Position numbers and translations under genes: made by a program
Part shown: piece after piece, positions 56,234-64,000 of the stretch
Numbering within the stretch: position 1 is the stretch's first letter
Layout of the letters: each line of letters opens with the position of its first letter
DNA from: a virus
Taxonomy: Duplodnaviria > Heunggongvirae > Uroviricota > Caudoviricetes
Strand: one strand, 5' to 3'
Virus record (IMG/VR): IMGVR_UViG_3300032731_000668
Coordinates: 1 to 64,000 of that record
DNA length: 64,000 nucleotides
The notes under the pieces: generated by a model
The model's input: only the letters and a program-made list of their open reading frames with translations
Told to the model about the DNA's origin: nothing
Database searches by the model: none

Positions 56234-56722
56234 ATGGAAATAAAAAAAGTTAAAGCCCCAGTTTACAAAAATATTATAGATGGATATAAGGAAGTAAACG
56301 TTTATATAACTTCCGATGGACAAAAATTTTCGGAACGCGATAAAGATGACGCTAACCGACACGAACATAGACTAAATTACGAAAAAAGATTATCTGATAT
56401 AGAACAAGTAACTATCGAAAACATGTTTGATATGGTCCCTGAAAAATGGTTTTATGCTTCTACCAAAGAAGATTTGGATTTTTTGACAAACCTAAAAGAA
56501 GACAAATATAGAAAAGTAGAAATAAACGGAGACTTAAAAGTTGGCGAATGGATAGGGTGTTATGTTTTTGATTGTGGAGACTCAGGAGAAACTGCAATGT
56601 ATTATACTCTTTCTTATATAAGGAGCAAAACTATTGAGTTTTTGGAAGATGTTATGAGTAAAACAAATTTAACTATATCTGATAATCGCGAAGAACTTAA
56701 TCGGAAAGATACTTCCGACTAG
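56234..56722 (+). CDS. hypothetical protein (162 aa)
   Basis: AGGAAAA RBS before ATG 56234. Confidence 0.5.
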   Translation: MEIKKVKAPVYKNIIDGYKEVNVYITSDGQKFSERDKDDANRHEHRLNYEKRLSDIEQVTIENMFDMVPEKWFYASTKEDLDFLTNLKEDKYRKVEINGDLKVGEWIGCYVFDCGDSGETAMYYTLSYIRSKTIEFLEDVMSKTNLTISDNREELNRKDTSD

Positions 56723-56776
56723 AAGCATAAAACGTACTTAATCGGCAATATGTTGCCGATTAAAAAAGGAGAAATA

Positions 56777-56992
56777 ATGACATTAACAAACGAAGATTTA
56801 AATAATAGATTTACATATCATAAGCCAAATGAAAAAACTATAATGACCCATCAACTAATTCGTAATTTTGGTTTAGAATTAGCCAATGAATTAAACAATC
56901 TTTTGCCCGATGGACGAGAAAAGTCTTTGGCAATTACAAAATTAGAAGAAGTAGTTATGTGGGCAAACGCTTCTTTAGCGAGGAATAGCTAA
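56777..56992 (+). CDS. small conserved protein, tandem paralog A (71 aa)
   Basis: AAAAAGGAGAAATA RBS; about 60% identical to 57041-57256. Confidence 0.5.
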   Translation: MTLTNEDLNNRFTYHKPNEKTIMTHQLIRNFGLELANELNNLLPDGREKSLAITKLEEVVMWANASLARNS

Positions 56993-57019
56993 AACCACAT
57001 AAAAGATTGATTTTATATG
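56991..57019. repeat. intergenic inverted-repeat element (AAAACCACATAAAA...ATTTTAT)
   Basis: aaaaccacataaaagattgattttatatg. Confidence 0.7.
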
Positions 57020-57040
57020 ATTTAGAAAAGGAAAAATAAA

Positions 57041-57256
57041 ATGACATTAGACGAAAAAGATTTATTAAATAGATTTACTTATCATGCACCAAACGAAAGA
57101 GATGTATTAAACCATGAAGCAATTCGAAATTTTGGATTAGATTTAGCGAGAATATTGAATGACTTATTACCAGACTCAAGAGAAAAGTCATTAGCTATGA
57201 CAAAACTTGAAGAAGCTATAATGTGGGCAAATGCTGCAATAGCGAGGAATAAGTAA
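57041..57256 (+). CDS. small conserved protein, tandem paralog B (71 aa)
   Basis: AAAGGAAAAATAAA RBS; RFTYHxPNE...AIRNFGL.LA..LN.LLPD.REKSLA.TKLEE..MWANA shared with paralog A. Confidence 0.5.
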   Translation: MTLDEKDLLNRFTYHAPNERDVLNHEAIRNFGLDLARILNDLLPDSREKSLAMTKLEEAIMWANAAIARNK

Positions 57257-57283
57257 AACCACATAAAAATATAATTTTATCAT
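57255..57283. repeat. intergenic inverted-repeat element (AAAACCACATAAAAAT...ATTTTATCAT)
   Basis: aaaaccacataaaaatataattttatcat. Confidence 0.7.
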
Positions 57284-57309
57284 ATTTTAAAGAGGCTACG
57301 AACATATAA

Positions 57310-57843
57310 ATGAATAGAAAAAAATACATTAATAGATACGATATTCAGAAACGTGTCGAAGAATTGGCGATTGAAATAGATTGTGATTATAGCGGTTTGG
57401 ATGATCGTATTTGTATTGTCGGCATTTTGCGTGGCGCTTTTATTTTCTTGGCGGATATGTCAAGATTATTAGATACGAGACACACTATTGATTTTATTTC
57501 AATTGGTAGTTATGATAAAGATAATTCAGGAAATGTTAGGTTATTGATGGATACAAGAACCGATGTTTCAGGAAAACATGTTCTTATTGTAGAAGACATT
57601 ATTGATAGCGGCAAAACAATTAATTATCTTGTTGACTTATTTTTAAATCGAAATGTAGCAAGTGTAAAAACATGTACCTTATTTAGAAAAAATGGATCAA
57701 AAGAAACCTCTAACATAGATTATATTGGATTTGATGTCCCTAAAGAACATTGGCTCGTTGGTTATGGCTTAGATTTTGATAATAAATATAGAACATTACC
57801 AGATGTCGAAATATTAAAACAATCAGATGAGGAGCTAAATTAA
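57310..57843 (+). CDS. hpt: hypoxanthine(-guanine) phosphoribosyltransferase (177 aa)
   Basis: PRPP-binding motif VLIVEDIIDSGKT and LVGYGLDFDNKYRTLP match bacterial Hpt closely. Confidence 0.9.
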   Translation: MNRKKYINRYDIQKRVEELAIEIDCDYSGLDDRICIVGILRGAFIFLADMSRLLDTRHTIDFISIGSYDKDNSGNVRLLMDTRTDVSGKHVLIVEDIIDSGKTINYLVDLFLNRNVASVKTCTLFRKNGSKETSNIDYIGFDVPKEHWLVGYGLDFDNKYRTLPDVEILKQSDEELN

Positions 57844-58910
57844 TGCATAGAGGCGCATATATTATTGTCGGTGCACAATGGGGCGATGAGGCAAAAGGAA
57901 TGGTGAGTGCTTATTTGTCCATAAGAGAAAATGCTAAAATTGTTTGTAGGGCTGGAACTGGACCAAACGCAGAACATGGTGTTTTTCTAAAAGATGAAAA
58001 AACATATATAAAAACAAATCAGTTGCCTTTAGGTTGGATATTCAATCCTGATATTCAAATTCGTATTGGGTCTGGTGTAGCCGTTGATCCAGTCAAACTA
58101 ATGTATGAAATAAATAAATATAAATTACATAATCGTGTAAAAATAGATTATCGTTGTCCTATTATTACATCAGAACACATTAAAGCAGAGAAAAACAGCA
58201 AGGGAATGGCCTCTATTGGCTCAACATTTAGTGGAACCGGTTATTGTCGAGCAGACTTTATTTTACGAAAAGCAAAGCAGGCACGAGACATAGAAGCATT
58301 AAAAGACTATATAACGGATTGTAGCACTGAGATAAATAATGAGGCTAGAACTGAAATTGTAATTATAGAGTCTTCACAAGGAACATTTCTTTCATTAGCT
58401 TTAAGCGAAGATTATCCAAACACAACCTCCGATAATGTTACTGCAATGGCTGCCGCCGATGACGTATTGTTAAATTGGAAAAACTTAAAAGAAGTAATTT
58501 TAGTTGTAAAAGCATTACCTACTCGCGAAGGTAGCGGAGATATAGGAGCAAGAGAATTATCGTCTGAAGAAATTATTTCTAAAGGGTTGGTTGAACCAAG
58601 TTCAATTGGCGGGAAAACAAGAAGAAAAGCCGAGGGAATTAATTTCGACATGCTAAAATATGCAGTAGAAGTAAATGGGGCAACACAAATCGCACTTACA
58701 TTTTGTGATCATTATGACCCTCAAATTAAAAATGCTAAAGCAATAAGTAAAATTACTCCAAGAATATGGGAATTGATTTATGAAATCGAAACTTCTACTG
58801 GTGTACCGGTTACTATTCTAAATACAGGTAAACCGTATAATTGTATTATTGATCGAACTGAAAATTCTGTTGATTGGGAGAGTATAGATAACAATATTCT
58901 GAAATTATGA
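57843..58910 (+). CDS. purA: adenylosuccinate synthetase family protein, short form (PurA-like; PurZ candidate) (355 aa)
   Basis: N-terminal P-loop IIVGAQWGDEAKG (PurA VxGxQWGDEGKG); conserved blocks IGSGVAVDP, ESSQGTFLS; about 75 aa shorter than bacterial PurA; guanine-specificity TKLD region reads TFCD. Confidence 0.85.
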   Translation: MHRGAYIIVGAQWGDEAKGMVSAYLSIRENAKIVCRAGTGPNAEHGVFLKDEKTYIKTNQLPLGWIFNPDIQIRIGSGVAVDPVKLMYEINKYKLHNRVKIDYRCPIITSEHIKAEKNSKGMASIGSTFSGTGYCRADFILRKAKQARDIEALKDYITDCSTEINNEARTEIVIIESSQGTFLSLALSEDYPNTTSDNVTAMAAADDVLLNWKNLKEVILVVKALPTREGSGDIGARELSSEEIISKGLVEPSSIGGKTRRKAEGINFDMLKYAVEVNGATQIALTFCDHYDPQIKNAKAISKITPRIWELIYEIETSTGVPVTILNTGKPYNCIIDRTENSVDWESIDNNILKL

Positions 58911-59227
58911 CAAAATTTATAAGAAAATTTATGGGAATATTTAAAAAACCCGAAGCTAAAAAACCTGATGACAAATATACCAAAGTTTTTAGGCAATTGG
59001 TGCAAGCTCCTAAGATAGACAAAGACATTGCAAATCTTCGTCGGTTTGGTAAGGGATATGTGCTTTCCAATCCAGAGGAGGGTCTATTCTGGGGGAATGA
59101 TGAGAAAACAGCCATCAGGATTTACATGGATGAGGAAGCAGCTACTTTTGACCGAGACCGCTTGCCATCTTCCGATGGTTGGCGTGTTTTTTCGGTTGCA
59201 GTATTTTATACAGGCAAGAATAGTTAA
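58907..59227 (+). CDS. hypothetical protein (106 aa)
   Basis: ORF overlapping the previous stop. Confidence 0.5.
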   Translation: MTKFIRKFMGIFKKPEAKKPDDKYTKVFRQLVQAPKIDKDIANLRRFGKGYVLSNPEEGLFWGNDEKTAIRIYMDEEAATFDRDRLPSSDGWRVFSVAVFYTGKNS

Positions 59228-59233
59228 GATAAA

Positions 59234-59563
59234 ATGATTAAAATTTCAAAAAACAACAGGTGGCCTAGACCTAATAGTACTAGATTGCGTATGATGCATG
59301 AAAATAATCCTTGTTGTATTTGGTGTGGGGAAAAAACAGTTTTATATGAAAAATATATCGCGTATTTATCAGACGATGCGGCAACAGTAGACCATCTGTT
59401 TGTCAGAAAAGATCCTCGAAGAATATATTGCAAAAAACATGGAATTCCATCTTTACTTATTTTAGCTTGCCATAAGTGTAACCAAAGAAGAGACGATATG
59501 CTTTGGGAAAGATTTTGCAGAATAAAGAAAGTTGATATAAATTTTGATTTTGTTTATTGTTAG
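59234..59563 (+). CDS. HNH endonuclease (109 aa)
   Basis: CCIWCG...VDHLFVRKD...ACHKCNQRR HNH/zinc motif. Confidence 0.75.
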   Translation: MIKISKNNRWPRPNSTRLRMMHENNPCCIWCGEKTVLYEKYIAYLSDDAATVDHLFVRKDPRRIYCKKHGIPSLLILACHKCNQRRDDMLWERFCRIKKVDINFDFVYC

Positions 59564-59751
59564 GAGTAATCATGAAAAGAGATAAGGACAAATTGACGAT
59601 GAATTTTATAGAAGAGTGGTGCTATAAAGAAGCGGTTCTTGATGCCTATGACGACTTTGGTTTGGAACTTACCGAAGATGAGGTAATGGAATATTATCAT
59701 CATCTTTTAAAACGAATCGATAAAAGGAGTAGAGATGAAACAATATGTTGA
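59557..59751 (+). CDS. hypothetical protein (64 aa)
   Basis: ORF with AGGAG RBS. Confidence 0.45.
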   Translation: MLGVIMKRDKDKLTMNFIEEWCYKEAVLDAYDDFGLELTEDEVMEYYHHLLKRIDKRSRDETIC

Positions 59752-59880
59752 ATTTACTGTGTGGAATTATAAAGAGGAAAGACCCGCCACCGAAGAAGAA
59801 ATAAAAGAACACATTTATATTATATATCATAATGGAAAATGTGTTGTCGAGTGCGATAATGATTATAGCCTGTTGATGGA

Positions 59881-59905
59881 ATAAAATTGAGATTTTATGT
59901 GGTTT
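59881..59905. repeat. intergenic inverted-repeat element (ATAAAAT...ATTTTATGTGGTTT)
   Basis: ataaaattgagattttatgtggttt. Confidence 0.7.
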
Positions 59906-59908
59906 AAT

Positions 59909-60094
59909 ATGAAACATTTGCGAAACGACACTTGGACAAAACGATTGAAGGGTATTAGAAGAAAAGGAATTAGATGGGACTATAATTTAGACGGAAGATC
60001 TGATCATGAAGAGATGTCTTCTTATTGGAAAAAGTATTGGCGTAGGTGGCGAAGAAGAAAATCGCGCAAGGAGATTGATTTTGAAAACAATTGA
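59909..60094 (+). CDS. small basic Arg/Trp-rich protein (61 aa)
   Basis: ATG after the hairpin element; overlaps the next ORF, so one of the two may be spurious. Confidence 0.35.
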   Translation: MKHLRNDTWTKRLKGIRRKGIRWDYNLDGRSDHEEMSSYWKKYWRRWRRRKSRKEIDFENN

Positions 60095-60353
60095 TAAAAA
60101 ATATTTTAAAAATCCAGAAAAATATATCCCAAAGGGAATATACTGCTATAAAACAACTTCTATTACTTATGACGATAGTGGATATCCACAAATTCATACT
60201 GATATTTGTCCTTTTTTTGAGTGGCTAATAAATAAAGAAGGGGCATATTGTCACTACGAAGAGTCTAGCGACGATATATTTTTATCGGATCAAGTAAAAA
60301 TATGTAATATCAATCATTATACCGATGAAGAAATGACGGAGATGAATGAATGA
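60081..60353 (+). CDS. hypothetical protein (start uncertain: TTG 60081 with an AGGAG RBS, or ATG 60006)
   Basis: Overlaps 59909-60094 in another frame. Confidence 0.35.
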   Translation: MKTIDKKYFKNPEKYIPKGIYCYKTTSITYDDSGYPQIHTDICPFFEWLINKEGAYCHYEESSDDIFLSDQVKICNINHYTDEEMTEMNE

Positions 60354-60553
60354 TAAAAATATTGACAATAGGAAAACATAGTTTGATATTTCAAAATAAA
60401 AGATTTTATATTGTTTTAAATAGACAATTATGGTTTTGGTCTGATAAATGGCAAGAAAGCGAAAAACAAGTTGATCAAGATATAAAAGACGGCAATATTC
60501 AAACATTCAATAGTGTTGATGAATTTTTTGATGGTTTAAAAGAAGAGGAATAA
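60350..60553 (+). CDS. hypothetical protein (67 aa)
   Basis: ORF overlapping the previous stop. Confidence 0.45.
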   Translation: MIKILTIGKHSLIFQNKRFYIVLNRQLWFWSDKWQESEKQVDQDIKDGNIQTFNSVDEFFDGLKEEE

Positions 60554-60554
60554 A

Positions 60555-61148
60555 ATGAATGATAAAGAAAGAATACTTACTACAATTTTAGATCAATTTT
60601 ATTATACTCAAACTTTATGTTTTCATTCCCCCAAAGAAAATGATTTTATTAAAAGTGGTGGTGATACATATGTTCATTTTGGCGCATATGATGATCGTAA
60701 AATTAAAGTGGGCGATTTAGTTATGGGGAAAACTGGTAAGGTTCATGATTTCAAAATAGGATTTGTTCATGAAATTTTGTCTAAATTTGAGATGGTTATC
60801 AGGGAGATAGGTAGCAACAAATTGTGTAATTATTCTAATGAATCGTTCACAAGAATTGTTGGACTTAAACCAAGTGACTTATATGAAAAAGGCCAATATG
60901 GTTTCTATCAAAAAGTATTAAAAGCTTTTACAAGAGGGAATGAATATTCTTATAGATATGGTGGACTAGAATTTTTAGGAGATAATATTGCAAAAATTTG
61001 GATTAGAGAGGCGTTCGGTGGTTTTGGGGAGTGTAAATCAAGTCCTTTTTCTTTTAAAATAGAATGGAATAAAAGAACAACAATAAAAGAAATACTCAAC
61101 CTAATGATTGAAAATGGATATGGAACAAAAAAATTTGAAAGGGAATAA
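60555..61148 (+). CDS. hypothetical protein (197 aa)
   Basis: ORF adjacent to the previous stop. Confidence 0.55.
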   Translation: MNDKERILTTILDQFYYTQTLCFHSPKENDFIKSGGDTYVHFGAYDDRKIKVGDLVMGKTGKVHDFKIGFVHEILSKFEMVIREIGSNKLCNYSNESFTRIVGLKPSDLYEKGQYGFYQKVLKAFTRGNEYSYRYGGLEFLGDNIAKIWIREAFGGFGECKSSPFSFKIEWNKRTTIKEILNLMIENGYGTKKFERE

Positions 61149-61836
61149 AACATTGGAACTAAATAAAATTTATTTTGGTGATAATTTAGAGTATGATATC
61201 GATGTTGTTCCAGATCTTGTTTTTGCTGATATGATTTATGAAAACCTTGATTTTAGATGGGTCGAAAAGTATTGGTGTATTTTGAGACATGACGGAATAT
61301 TTATTGTTATGACAGACTATCATACCGTTGCCCAATTAAAAATATTTATGGATCAATTAGAAAAATCTACCTTTGTAAATTGGTGTATCTATAAGCAAGA
61401 GTGGGGCGGGGTGCCAAAGAAGTCTTTTCCACATAAGCATGACGATATTCTTATATATTGCAAGGGCAAAGATTATAAGTGGTATGGGGACAGAATCCAA
61501 ATTCCAAAAGTTACCGCAGGTACAAAATTAGATAAAAAGGGAACTGGATTAAAAACTCCGTGCTCAGTGTTTGATGATCTTGGAAATTTCAGTACTATTA
61601 GTCGAGAGAGAGTGAAAAAAGACGATGGCCACAATATTCAATGGCAGAAACCCCTAAAACTAATGGACAGATTATTGTTGCCCTTTACCGACGAAGGAGA
61701 TTTGATTATAGATCCGTTTTTCGGTTCTGGAACAACTGGCGAATGGTGTATAAAAAATAACCGTAATTTTATTGGGATTGAAAATTGTCAAGAACCTTAT
61801 GAGATAGCCCTGAAAAGAATGAAGTTAAACAAATGA
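61114..61836 (+). CDS. beta-class N4/N6 DNA methyltransferase homolog with a degenerate catalytic motif (DPPY replaced by DMIY)
   Basis: DLVFADMIYENL at the position of DLIFxDPPY; C-terminal DPFFGSGTTG SAM motif I. Confidence 0.7.
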   Translation: MDMEQKNLKGNKTLELNKIYFGDNLEYDIDVVPDLVFADMIYENLDFRWVEKYWCILRHDGIFIVMTDYHTVAQLKIFMDQLEKSTFVNWCIYKQEWGGVPKKSFPHKHDDILIYCKGKDYKWYGDRIQIPKVTAGTKLDKKGTGLKTPCSVFDDLGNFSTISRERVKKDDGHNIQWQKPLKLMDRLLLPFTDEGDLIIDPFFGSGTTGEWCIKNNRNFIGIENCQEPYEIALKRMKLNK

Positions 61837-62111
61837 AAATATTAAAATCAATCATGGTAGAAAAAGCAGAAACGGTCGCAATTGTATGTAATAAATGCGG
61901 TACACAATTTGATTGTGAAAAAGATCTTGCCGCCAATCTAATTCATGGATTTCACATACAGTTTTGTTACGGAAGTAAACATGATTTAGAAGAATGGTAT
62001 TTTGATTTATGTGAAAAATGTATAGATAAATTGACGGGTTCTTTTAAAATTAAGCCCACAAAACTTGAAATAGGTCCATTCGGCGAACAATACGGAAGAG
62101 AGTTAAAATGA
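61833..62111 (+). CDS. small zinc-ribbon-like protein (92 aa; CNKCG...CEKC)
   Basis: ORF overlapping the previous stop. Confidence 0.5.
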   Translation: MKILKSIMVEKAETVAIVCNKCGTQFDCEKDLAANLIHGFHIQFCYGSKHDLEEWYFDLCEKCIDKLTGSFKIKPTKLEIGPFGEQYGRELK

Positions 62112-62371
62112 CTACACAAATAGAACATATAGAATGGCATAGTGCAGAGAATCCGCCCAAAACGGACGGTGTCCACAGCGTACCGATATTGGCTCAGTCA
62201 GCAGATAGACAATATAAAAGTACGTCTTATATGAGTGTATTAAAACATGGAGAACCAACCAGAGAATGGTTTTATGCTTGGTCTGAATACGATGCAGATA
62301 ATTATTGTTATAAACAAAAGGAAGTTATCGCATGGGCAGAGAGACCTAAAGGTTGGCAGGAGACAAAATGA
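62108..62371 (+). CDS. hypothetical protein (87 aa)
   Basis: ORF overlapping the previous stop. Confidence 0.5.
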   Translation: MTTQIEHIEWHSAENPPKTDGVHSVPILAQSADRQYKSTSYMSVLKHGEPTREWFYAWSEYDADNYCYKQKEVIAWAERPKGWQETK

Positions 62372-62583
62372 GTATGTACTTGATTGGAGAAATGTCGTTT
62401 GATCCATATTATATGAGTCGTGGTGGGCCACTAATTGAACTTTGGAATGGTGAAATCTATCACACTAAATCTAGAGCCGGAAAAGAACTAAAGAAATTAA
62501 AAAAACGATTAGCCGACGAAGGAAATCCTTATCCTCAGCTTTGTCTTATTGACGACGATAAATATAATGTAATTAAAGAATAA
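62353..62583 (+). CDS. hypothetical protein (76 aa)
   Basis: ORF overlapping the previous stop. Confidence 0.5.
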   Translation: MAGDKMSMYLIGEMSFDPYYMSRGGPLIELWNGEIYHTKSRAGKELKKLKKRLADEGNPYPQLCLIDDDKYNVIKE

Positions 62584-62613
62584 AACACAATAAAATCACA
62601 GTTTTATGTGTTT
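62582..62613. repeat. intergenic inverted-repeat element (AAAACACAATAAAAT...TTTTATGTGTTT) running into a TTGACA -35
   Basis: aaaacacaataaaatcacagttttatgtgttt, followed directly by promoter 62612. Confidence 0.75.
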
Positions 62614-62640
62614 GACAAAAATGGCAATCTATGTTACACT
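62612..62640 (+). promoter_or_regulatory. sigma70-like promoter TTGACA-17-TACACT
   Basis: TTGACA 62612-62617, TACACT 62635-62640. Confidence 0.6.
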
Positions 62641-62664
62641 GAATAGTGTATAAGTTGGAATAAA

Positions 62665-62994
62665 ATGAAAAAACGAAAATGGATTTATATACAGAAACCA
62701 CAGAGTTATGGAGTTTCTTGTAATTTGTGCAAAGGAATAAATATTGAGTGGTCTGAATATGAGCATATGATATGGTGCTTTGATTGTGAGAAAGACGTAT
62801 CGGGTACAGATGGAATATTTAATGGGCCAATGTTAATGCATACATCTAATTTGTTGGGCATGAATTTTGATAGAATAGAACTAAAAACCGGACAACGATT
62901 ATATATGACGCGAAGAGGCGATAAGTTTATTTGGTGTCATAAAAAACCTAATCCAAAATATGATCCACAATACATAAAAAGAAAAGGTAAATAA
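62665..62994 (+). CDS. Cys-containing protein (109 aa)
   Basis: CNLCKG...CFDCEKD. Confidence 0.55.
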   Translation: MKKRKWIYIQKPQSYGVSCNLCKGINIEWSEYEHMIWCFDCEKDVSGTDGIFNGPMLMHTSNLLGMNFDRIELKTGQRLYMTRRGDKFIWCHKKPNPKYDPQYIKRKGK

Positions 62995-62997
62995 ATT

Positions 62998-63228
62998 ATG
63001 AATAATCAAATAGTTAAAAATTGGGAAGAGATTTTCTTAGAATATGCCGATCATATGGCAAAAGAATACGGAGAGAAGGCACGTACCGATACTGATATGC
63101 GTGGAGCATGGTTTTCGCGTGGAGTTGCTAGCGCATACGAAGCACTAAAAGTGGAATTTTATTGTGCAAAGCATGGAATTGAGCTTGTTCAACCTGAAAC
63201 GATCGCATCAGAAAAAGCATTGGAGTAG
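62998..63228 (+). CDS. hypothetical protein (76 aa)
   Basis: ORF adjacent to the previous stop. Confidence 0.5.
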   Translation: MNNQIVKNWEEIFLEYADHMAKEYGEKARTDTDMRGAWFSRGVASAYEALKVEFYCAKHGIELVQPETIASEKALE

Positions 63229-63497
63229 TGATGAAGAAACCATTTAAGATGAGGTTTTTAATCCACCAGAAACATTCGGCTGTAATCAATGGGAGACGAA
63301 AGATGACTAAAGAAATTGAAATAAACAATGTCGAGGTGCTAAAAGAAATACGCAGAAAACAGTGTATTAATATTGCAAGGCTAACCGCAGAAAACAGCAA
63401 ACTTAAAGACCTTATCCGTAGTCTTTACAGCGATTATTGCGAAGATATGCTTGATAAAATAAGCCTAAGTGTTTTGAGCGAGGAAAACAACAGATGA
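63228..63497 (+). CDS. hypothetical protein (89 aa)
   Basis: ORF overlapping the previous stop. Confidence 0.5.
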   Translation: MMKKPFKMRFLIHQKHSAVINGRRKMTKEIEINNVEVLKEIRRKQCINIARLTAENSKLKDLIRSLYSDYCEDMLDKISLSVLSEENNR

Positions 63498-63778
63498 TTG
63501 AATTTGTAAGGTATAGTTTACCAAACGGAAGAAGGACAACCGAAACGATATCCATTGACCCAGAAACAGATCGGCTTGGAAATAAATTGATTGAATCCGG
63601 CATTGTTTTTTCGACTGAAATTCTAACAACTGGAATGGTTGCACTGTACGCAATAAATAAAAATCTTCCAGATGCCGAAGAACAGGAACTTTGTTACATT
63701 TCACAAAACGGGCCAGAAATAATTGGCAAGGTGAGAGATATGATAAATGAAGCATCTAAAATGTGGAATAAACAATAA
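63494..63778 (+). CDS. hypothetical protein (94 aa)
   Basis: ORF overlapping the previous stop. Confidence 0.5.
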   Translation: MIEFVRYSLPNGRRTTETISIDPETDRLGNKLIESGIVFSTEILTTGMVALYAINKNLPDAEEQELCYISQNGPEIIGKVRDMINEASKMWNKQ

Positions 63779-63969
63779 TGAAAAAATTATTTATATTGTT
63801 TATATTATTTTTATTCAAAAAAACCATAAAGATTTCAATGTATGACAATATTGGAGGGTATTTTGTTGACGAGATAGAAGTATCTCAACATGCCCACGGA
63901 GAAGAAAAAATTAGAATTACATTAAGGTCAAGGCAAAACACAATAAAACCACAATTTTATAAGGTTTAA
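63778..63969 (+). CDS. hypothetical protein (63 aa); C-terminal codons coincide with a hairpin element
   Basis: ORF overlapping the previous stop; element 63945-63967 lies inside its 3' end. Confidence 0.45.
   Translation: MKKLFILFILFLFKKTIKISMYDNIGGYFVDEIEVSQHAHGEEKIRITLRSRQNTIKPQFYKV
63945..63967. repeat. inverted-repeat element (AAAACACAATAAAA...ATTTTAT)
   Basis: aaaacacaataaaaccacaattttataaggttt. Confidence 0.65.
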
Positions 63970-63972
63970 AAA

Positions 63973-64000
63973 ATGAATCAAATAACTTTAGAACTAGTAA
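63973..64000 (+). CDS. 5' end of a CDS running off the window
   Basis: ATG 63973 after AAGG; truncated by the window edge. Confidence 0.3.

Noticed and set aside
9407-63967. Interpreting the recurrent hairpins as the giant-virus hairpin rule, that is, a eukaryotic-virus origin
   Set aside because: Genes carry strong Shine-Dalgarno sequences and sigma70-type -35/-10 promoters. A DnaN clamp, a tyrosine recombinase and homing endonucleases also point to a bacteriophage, not an NCLDV.

Overview
The window is AT-rich (about 30% GC), almost entirely coding and almost entirely on the + strand. Nearly every gene is preceded by an AAGGAG/AAGGAA-type Shine-Dalgarno, and about a dozen near-consensus sigma70-type promoters (TTGACA-16/17-TATAAT-like) are scattered through it. 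This looks like a large dsDNA bacteriophage of a low-GC bacterium with canonical SD usage (inference; no virion genes fall in this window). All annotation is by eye from motifs. No database searches were run, coordinates were hand-counted, and CDS ends include the stop codon. Contents by region: (1) 1-12 kb: GC-rich tandem repeats at the window edge, then many small early-type ORFs, each with its own promoter or RBS, and a DnaN-like sliding clamp. (2) 12-22 kb: an N6-adenine MTase, a NodB-type deacetylase lipoprotein, a CxxCxxCC protein, a metallophosphoesterase and an ATP-dependent DNA ligase. (3) 22.1-28.4 kb: an island of higher GC (about 40-48%) carrying a membrane protein, a gamma-class N6-MTase, a DUF262(DGQQR)-HNH GmrSD-like nuclease, an SPFH/band-7 protein, a D-armless tRNA-like element and an HExxH lipoprotein metalloprotease. 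(4) 28.8-48.8 kb: a roughly 20 kb glycan locus. It encodes a DegT aminotransferase, an RmlD-like reductase, a GalE-like SDR, a radical SAM/SPASM protein and five SAM methyltransferases. It also encodes glycosyltransferases of GT2, GT4-like, GT11-like, GT17 (two copies) and GT25 type, and is interrupted by three HNH homing-endonuclease genes. (5) 49-64 kb: a BCS1-like AAA ATPase, a GIY-YIG/NUMOD3 endonuclease, a tyrosine recombinase, an HPRT next to a short PurA-family protein (PurZ candidate), a beta-class MTase homolog with a degenerate DPPY motif, and more small ORFs. Across the window there are more than 20 copies of an intergenic inverted-repeat hairpin (AACCACATAAAAT / ATTTTATGTGGTT) that often contains the stop codon of the upstream gene.
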